The notes beneath the pieces were generated by a model. The model saw nothing but the letters and a program-made list of their open reading frames with translations. It did no database searches and had not been told where the DNA came from. 61,529 nt of DNA from a virus (Duplodnaviria > Caudoviricetes): positions 1-61,529 of IMG/VR virus record IMGVR_UViG_3300043775_000604. One strand, given 5' to 3'. Position 1 is the first letter of the stretch; the number at the start of each line of letters is the position of its first letter. This document shows positions 56,861-61,529 of the stretch, one piece after another. A program made the position numbers and the translations under genes.

Positions 56861-56982
56861 AACTCGTCATTATAATATTCTAATTCTTCTTCTAAGACTT
56901 CGCTTAATGGATATCCATTTGTTTCACAAAAGTCACGTAATTCTTCAATTCTTCTTAGTAATTCTTTGTCTAAACTTTTCAT
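56851..56982 (-). CDS. Micro-ORF (43 aa, very acidic) below promoter motif 11
   Basis: MKSLDKELLRRIEELRDFCETNGYPLSEVLEEELEYYNDEFTE. Confidence 0.55.
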   Translation of the reverse strand: MKSLDKELLRRIEELRDFCETNGYPLSEVLEEELEYYNDEFTE

Positions 56983-57027
56983 AATTTTATTTATTTAGTT
57001 ATTATTATTATTATTTATCTTCATTAT

Positions 57028-57059
57028 TATTATCATTTACTTGTCGTATTAGTCTTGTA
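57028..57059 (-). promoter_or_regulatory. Class-1 early promoter motif 11
   Basis: TATTATC-N10-CGTATT-N5-TGTA. Confidence 0.8.
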
Positions 57060-57113
57060 AGACTACTTTAATTATTTTATTTATTAGTATTTATTACTTT
57101 TTAACTTCATATA

Positions 57114-57145
57114 TATTATCATTTACTCTCCGTATTAGGTCTGTA
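57114..57145 (-). promoter_or_regulatory. Class-1 early promoter motif 12
   Basis: TATTATC-N10-CGTATT-N5-TGTA. Confidence 0.8.
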
Positions 57146-57184
57146 TGCTATACGCGGGGAAAAATTAAAAAAAGTGTTTTTCTA

Positions 57185-57216
57185 TATTATCAGAAGCACC
57201 TCGTATTCGTTCTGTA
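57185..57216 (-). promoter_or_regulatory. Class-1 early promoter motif 13
   Basis: TATTATC-N10-CGTATT-N5-TGTA. Confidence 0.8.
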
Positions 57217-57272
57217 TGCTATACGCTCCGCTCCGCTCCGCGCTATTATGGGGATCGTTGGCATATAGCCGT

Positions 57273-57312
57273 GACGGAGTCCACTCTTCCGGTCTTATTT
57301 CAGAACCAGGCC
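57273..57312. repeat. 40-bp dispersed repeat, copy 2
   Basis: GACGGAGTCCACTCTTCCGGTCTTATTTCAGAACCAGGCC. Confidence 0.8.
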
Positions 57313-57350
57313 ACACGTATAGCAATTAGCTATTGGAAAGGAATTAAGGG

Positions 57351-57605
57351 TTATATATTAACCCCTAATCCTGATCCTGCTAAGTAAGCATTTGTGATTG
57401 CTTTCATTTGTTGATCTTTATTTTTACATCGGTTGATTGCATCAATCCATTTGCTTCTTGTCGCATCTGACATATTAACTTCATCATCAACAAGTATTGT
57501 TAAAAATTTAGTTCTTATTGTACTAACATCCATTGATGACATTGTTGATATTAATGGTTCAAGTGCAAATGTTAATGTTCCTTTGTGTTTTGATAAATCT
57601 CTCAT
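57351..57605 (-). CDS. Hypothetical protein
   Basis: 84 aa. Confidence 0.65.
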   Translation of the reverse strand: MRDLSKHKGTLTFALEPLISTMSSMDVSTIRTKFLTILVDDEVNMSDATRSKWIDAINRCKNKDQQMKAITNAYLAGSGLGVNI

Positions 57606-57660
57606 GGTAATTAAATTTAATTGTTATTTATTATTTTAGTTGTTTTTTTAAAGGATAAGG

Positions 57661-57885
57661 TCATAAGACCTCATCCCATTTACTGTCATCAAAGTAGTAG
57701 TCATAGATTCTGAATAAATAATCCACATGGGTCTCATCATCTAATATTAATAATCCGGCGATGTCTTCAATAAAGGATAAGACCTCATCATTAACCGTGA
57801 TATTAATAAGACCATAGTTACTTCTGTGAATTTCTTCCATTAATAAACTGTACATTTCCTCGTGAAATAAATCTCTTGTTTCCAT
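57661..57885 (-). CDS. Acidic hypothetical protein, first gene of the early arm
   Basis: 74 aa, D/E-rich, below promoter motifs 14-15. Confidence 0.6.
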   Translation of the reverse strand: METRDLFHEEMYSLLMEEIHRSNYGLINITVNDEVLSFIEDIAGLLILDDETHVDYLFRIYDYYFDDSKWDEVL

Positions 57886-58010
57886 AATTATTTAATTTAA
57901 AGGTTATTATTATTATTTATTATTATTATTTATTATTATTATTATTATTTATTTATTATTTATTATTTAATATTTAATATTTAATATTTATTACTTTCTG
58001 ATTTCATATA

Positions 58011-58042
58011 TATTATCATTATATCCCCGTATTTATCTTGTA
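58011..58042 (-). promoter_or_regulatory. Class-1 early promoter motif 14
   Basis: TATTATC-N10-CGTATT-N5-TGTA. Confidence 0.8.
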
Positions 58043-58091
58043 AATAATATATATAAATATAAAAAATAAATTTAAAAAAAGTGTTTTATTA

Positions 58092-58123
58092 TACTATCAA
58101 TATATCTCCGTGTTTATACTGTA
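58092..58123 (-). promoter_or_regulatory. Class-1 early promoter motif 15
   Basis: TACTATC-N10-CGTGTT-N5-TGTA. Confidence 0.7.
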
Positions 58124-58171
58124 TGCTATACGCTCCGCTTCGCTCCGCTTGTATGTACTATAACCATAATC

Positions 58172-58216
58172 CATAACAAACACACATCATCTAATCATAA
58201 CAAACACACATCATCT
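58172..58216. repeat. Tandem 21-bp direct repeat (period 24)
   Basis: CATAACAAACACACATCATCT at 58172 and 58196. Confidence 0.9.
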
Positions 58217-58464
58217 GTTAACTAGCAAGCATAATACACACATAAGTACTAGTAATACATGGATATCTAGATACTTTACGATGTACCACAGGAAAAGGCA
58301 AAACTTTTTCATCAATTTCAAAATCACATACCCGGGGGCTAAAAATCAGATTCATTTTCTTTTTAAAAAGTAAAGTTCAATTGTAGTATATAACCCCTTA
58401 GTCCTTTATATCTAACAATACATTTTTTATTCCACTGGTAATATAATATAAAATTATATACAGT

Positions 58465-58508
58465 GTGACGTTAGCTGATTAAGTTAATAAATAGTAGGCT
58501 ATTGTCAC
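58465..58508. promoter_or_regulatory. Palindromic operator-like element, copy C
   Basis: GTGACGTTAG-N24-CTATTGTCAC. Confidence 0.65.
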
Positions 58509-58584
58509 TATTTTGTTATTAGTTATGCACCGTAAAATTACTTGTCGATGCGTAATAGTATATACTATATTAAAGTGTAAAATT

Positions 58585-58860
58585 ATGTTTCAATTAAGAT
58601 CGCAATCACCGTTGTTAAAACAGAAGTTATCTCCTAAGGCTGCTAAGGCTAAAGCCGAGAGAGATCTTGCTTATGCTAAGACTGATCAACGTAAGGCTAA
58701 GAAGGCTGATGCACAGAGAAGACGTAGAGCTAATCCTGGTGCTGCTAAAGGAATGGATTGGGACCATAAGAATCAGAGATGGGAATCACCTGCTCAGAAT
58801 AGAGGTAACGATGGTTTAGGCACCAAATCAGAGAGTGGCAAACAATATAGAACAAGATAA
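58585..58860 (+). CDS. Small basic protein with degenerate HNH-like tail (start corrected to 58585)
   Basis: MFQLRSQSPLLKQ...GMDWDHKNQRWESPAQNRG. Confidence 0.6.
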   Translation: MFQLRSQSPLLKQKLSPKAAKAKAERDLAYAKTDQRKAKKADAQRRRRANPGAAKGMDWDHKNQRWESPAQNRGNDGLGTKSESGKQYRTR

Positions 58861-58861
58861 C

Positions 58862-59461
58862 ATGGCATTTAAACTAAGATCACAGTCTCCACTGAGACAG
58901 AAAAACGGTAAAACTCAATCTTTCGAAGAATATACTAAGAAAAGATTTGGGGAACAAAAAGGATATAAAGAGACTCCTACGCTAAGCCCCTCTGGTAAAA
59001 CTAGTTATAAGGTAACAAAAAACGGTAAAGATATAACTGGGTCAAAAGATTCTCAAAAATATAAGGCCAAGCAAAAAATGGAAAATTTAGAGAAGGTACA
59101 AGATTATGAAACTACAAATAAGCCAAACGTATATATGGCAGATCCAACAGGAATGTCAAGCTGGGGAGATGCAAAGAGAGGATTTCAACATATAGGGATG
59201 ATGGCTTCAACAGGGGATTGGAAAAAAGATAGATTACTTAAAGATGCTTTGGATATTGCTTCAGCCGTTCCTTTAGTTGGTAAAGCTTCTGCAGTAAAAA
59301 CCGGTCTTAACCTTGTTAAGAAAGCCGCTCCGAAAGCGTCTAAAGTATCTAAAGTTGTTAAAGCTGTTAAAAATTCTAAATTAACCCCAGCTGCTGCAAC
59401 AGCGGCAGGAGATCAGGTTAGTGAAGCTATATCTAATAAAAATAAAAATAAAAAAAGATAA
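58862..59461 (+). CDS. Basic hypothetical protein (start corrected to 58862)
   Basis: MAFKLRSQSPLRQ; ADPTG...ALDIASAVPLVGK segment reminiscent of pre-toxin/TG-type linkers. Confidence 0.65.
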   Translation: MAFKLRSQSPLRQKNGKTQSFEEYTKKRFGEQKGYKETPTLSPSGKTSYKVTKNGKDITGSKDSQKYKAKQKMENLEKVQDYETTNKPNVYMADPTGMSSWGDAKRGFQHIGMMASTGDWKKDRLLKDALDIASAVPLVGKASAVKTGLNLVKKAAPKASKVSKVVKAVKNSKLTPAAATAAGDQVSEAISNKNKNKKR

Positions 59462-59463
59462 CT

Positions 59464-59724
59464 ATGGCCACGCAAATGTTTCAAGGGAGAGGTCAATTGA
59501 TTGATAGATTAATAGCCCAGGTTGGTAGCAGAGGATTAGCTATAGGTATATTAAAGAAGAGGGGTGATTTGACGGATTCAGGTGAGCTAACGGCTAAGGG
59601 TAGAAAAAGAGATGCGATGACTGCTGAGGAGAGAGCTAAGGACCGTGCTTCTAAAGAAAGCGGTAGACCTGATGAAGACTTCGTTTATAATCCAGCTAAG
59701 AACAGTACAAGATTAAAAAAGTAA
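59464..59724 (+). CDS. Hypothetical protein
   Basis: 86 aa, AIGILKKRG...GELTAKGRKR. Confidence 0.65.
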   Translation: MATQMFQGRGQLIDRLIAQVGSRGLAIGILKKRGDLTDSGELTAKGRKRDAMTAEERAKDRASKESGRPDEDFVYNPAKNSTRLKK

Positions 59725-59748
59725 TGTATCATAAATAAAAGAAATAAT

Positions 59749-60285
59749 ATGGCATGTAAATGTAAAGGCAAATGCTATTGTGGAGCAATGGCTAAAAAAT
59801 CACCTGTTATGCAGGATAGAAAAGTAGCTACTAGAGAAATTAAAAAATACGCTGGCAGCGAAAAGGCGAAGAGCCAACCAAAAAAGCCTGTTGCAAAACC
59901 TGCAGCAAAGCCTAAACCTAAAAAGGTCGACAATCCGGTGGATATGTATAAAGGTCTTAAAGACGCTTGGGGTAAACCGGTTGGAGGAGAAGGCACAAGA
60001 CCTCCTTTCAGTCAAAAAAAAACAGCCGCTTGGGCGCGCAAAGAAGGTAAAGATCCTAAAGGTGGATTGAATGCTAAAGGCGTAGCTAGTTATAGAAGAG
60101 AGAATCCAGGATCTAAATTGCAAACGGCGGTTACTAAAAAACCATCGGAATTAAAACCGGGCAGTAAGGATGCTAAGAGACGTAAATCTTTTTGTGCTAG
60201 AATGTCCGGAATGCCAGGGCCTATGAAAAAACCCAATGGAGAACCAACAAGAAAGAAACTTGCGTTGGACAAATGGAATTGCTAA
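59749..60285 (+). CDS. Basic protein with DUF6321-like C-terminal domain
   Basis: AAWARKEGKDPKGGLNAKGVASY...RRKSFCARM...LALDKWNC. Confidence 0.65.
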   Translation: MACKCKGKCYCGAMAKKSPVMQDRKVATREIKKYAGSEKAKSQPKKPVAKPAAKPKPKKVDNPVDMYKGLKDAWGKPVGGEGTRPPFSQKKTAAWARKEGKDPKGGLNAKGVASYRRENPGSKLQTAVTKKPSELKPGSKDAKRRKSFCARMSGMPGPMKKPNGEPTRKKLALDKWNC

Positions 60286-60316
60286 AATAAATTAACAAAT
60301 AAAAAATAAATAAGAA

Positions 60317-60586
60317 ATGGGACAATACGGAAATCAACCAGATTTTGCAACACGAGTAGGTACTATATCTGCTTTTCCAACAACAGGTATACAATCAGCC
60401 GCGATATATATAGGTTCGGTAACAGACCCTAGTTTAACAACAACATCGATAACAGTGAGACCAGTTGGTAATAGCAGTGACGTTACTTTTACTGGTATAA
60501 CTAGTGGTAGCTTTTTACCTGTTATAGTTACATCAATAACATCAGCTGTTAACATACCTGCTAGCAGCGTATTATTAGTATACTAA
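60317..60586 (+). CDS. Small structural protein (beta-rich)
   Basis: AIYIG...VTFTGITSGSFLPVIV motif common in phage structural genes. Confidence 0.6.
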   Translation: MGQYGNQPDFATRVGTISAFPTTGIQSAAIYIGSVTDPSLTTTSITVRPVGNSSDVTFTGITSGSFLPVIVTSITSAVNIPASSVLLVY

Positions 60587-60587
60587 T

Positions 60588-61394
60588 ATGATAGGTCTAG
60601 GAATAGGGGTAGCGTGGAAGAATAACAATAAGCCTAGTGGTAGCAGTTTTGATGCAGATTATCAAGCTGTATTGACTAGAGCTAACAATCTTGGATATTC
60701 AGTACCTACGTATGCGCAACAAATAGTACAAAATAAATTAGTTTTAGATTTAAAAGCAGGTGGTGTTTGGACTAAATTGGATGTTTTTTATGTTTTTGCA
60801 ACTGGAACAAATGGTAACAGAGACTTCGCTACATTGAATTGGAAAACTCCCACGTCATATCAAGCAACGTTAAACAATCCATTAACTTTTAATACAAATA
60901 ATGGGCTTACAGCTTCTAGCACAGCGAACGTTTCAACCAACCTTAGTCCATCAACTAATATAGGAGAATATAAACTAAATGATGCGAGTAGGTTTGCTTG
61001 GATACACACTGCTGGTACAGGAACTATCGATGGTGTGGGTGGTAGCTCAGCGAATAGACTTACTTTTGATGGAACTCTACCGCAAAATATCAACAATGGA
61101 ACAGTAAGTAATGCTACTGGTGCTTTATCAGGAGCTGGTTTAAAATCAATTAACAGACCTGCAAGTAATCAAATAAGAGTCTTTCAAAATACAAATTTAA
61201 GTGTAAGTGGAACTAGTAATAGTTCATCATTAAGTACAACGCCTCAATTAGTTTTTAGGTCATTAACAAATTACGGAACTCACACAATTTCTGTTTACGG
61301 AATGGGAGCTTCTTTAGTCACTTCTGGAGGTGATGCAACTTTGAATACAAACTTATACAACGCAATTAATACTTATATGACAAATTTAGTTTAA
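60588..61394 (+). CDS. Putative tail-associated protein
   Basis: 268 aa, S/T/N/G-rich, LVLDLKAGGVWTKLDVFYVFA. Confidence 0.6.
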   Translation: MIGLGIGVAWKNNNKPSGSSFDADYQAVLTRANNLGYSVPTYAQQIVQNKLVLDLKAGGVWTKLDVFYVFATGTNGNRDFATLNWKTPTSYQATLNNPLTFNTNNGLTASSTANVSTNLSPSTNIGEYKLNDASRFAWIHTAGTGTIDGVGGSSANRLTFDGTLPQNINNGTVSNATGALSGAGLKSINRPASNQIRVFQNTNLSVSGTSNSSSLSTTPQLVFRSLTNYGTHTISVYGMGASLVTSGGDATLNTNLYNAINTYMTNLV

Positions 61395-61395
61395 T

Positions 61396-61529
61396 ATGAT
61401 AGTTTTACATCCAAATACAGAACAATACAATGCTTTAAATGGGTACACAAATGGTGCTTGTAGATTAGAGTTTGTAAAAGATGGAGCAGGTAAATGGTTT
61501 ATGACACTTGATGCACTTACATACGAACC
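61396..61529 (+). CDS. 68-aa hypothetical protein crossing the circular join (continues to TAA at 198-200)
   Basis: MIVLHPNTEQYNALNGYTNGACRLEFVKDGAGKWFMTLDALTYEPFQPIHNQLNELERIEYTPIKEEE; stop abuts ATG 201. Confidence 0.8.
   Translation, partial: MIVLHPNTEQYNALNGYTNGACRLEFVKDGAGKWFMTLDALTYE
61403..61529. repeat. Terminal direct repeat, copy 2
   Basis: Identical to 1-127. Confidence 0.95.

Noticed and set aside
57651-57815. Short repeats ATAAGACCTCATC within the first early gene
   Set aside because: Only two full copies of 13 bp, explained by repeated DEVL peptide; no wider pattern
35550-57885. Temperate lifestyle or prophage
   Set aside because: No integrase, repressor/cro pair, partition genes or host flanking DNA found
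48826-58123. CRISPR array or integron attC sites
   Set aside because: Repeats are gapped motifs with variable interiors, irregular spacing and whole genes between them; no palindromic attC structure, cas gene or integrase
201-61394. Stop-codon reassignment as in some crAss-like phages
   Set aside because: Core genes are intact and tightly packed under the standard code; no suppressor tRNA seen

Overview
The window looks like one complete, circularly assembled ~61.4-kb lytic phage genome: bases 1-127 repeat exactly at 61403-61529, and an ORF runs across the join. A-rich leaders without Shine-Dalgarno sites and Bacteroidota-style proteins suggest a Bacteroidota (probably Flavobacteriia) host. 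The morphogenesis module resembles crAss-related / Cellulophaga phi38:1-like podoviruses (recalled, not searched). There are two divergent arms. The + arm (58585 through the join to 35448) carries small basic proteins, tail and lysis genes, GroEL/GroES, tRNA-CAT, terminase, portal, capsid, tail ring/stabilisation proteins, ejection proteins and a 2845-aa giant protein. The - arm (57885 to 35550) carries many small early genes, a sigma factor, ERF/RecE/SSB, primase-helicase, a ThyA homologue, MazG, a resolvase and a class II RNR. I found no DNA polymerase or integrase. The strongest candidate for a new system is a transcription-takeover cascade. The giant, probably injected, protein looks like a polyprotein: an HExxH protease followed by modules separated by repeated [KR][FY]S[KRI]S motifs, one resembling sigma-70 region 2 and one an RpoB/RpoC insertion module. 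Fifteen rigidly spaced, non-host promoter-like motifs (TACA-N5-AAYACG-N10-GATAATA) head the early genes, and a second motif class heads operons downstream of the phage sigma gene. Other highlights are a ThyA with the Asn-to-Asp change associated with dCMP specificity, an over-represented octamer (GTATAGCA) in the early arm, three 44-46 bp palindromic operators, a shared SP[LMV]xQ motif on small basic proteins, and a non-canonical tRNA-like gene. All functional calls come from motif recognition by eye; no searches were run.
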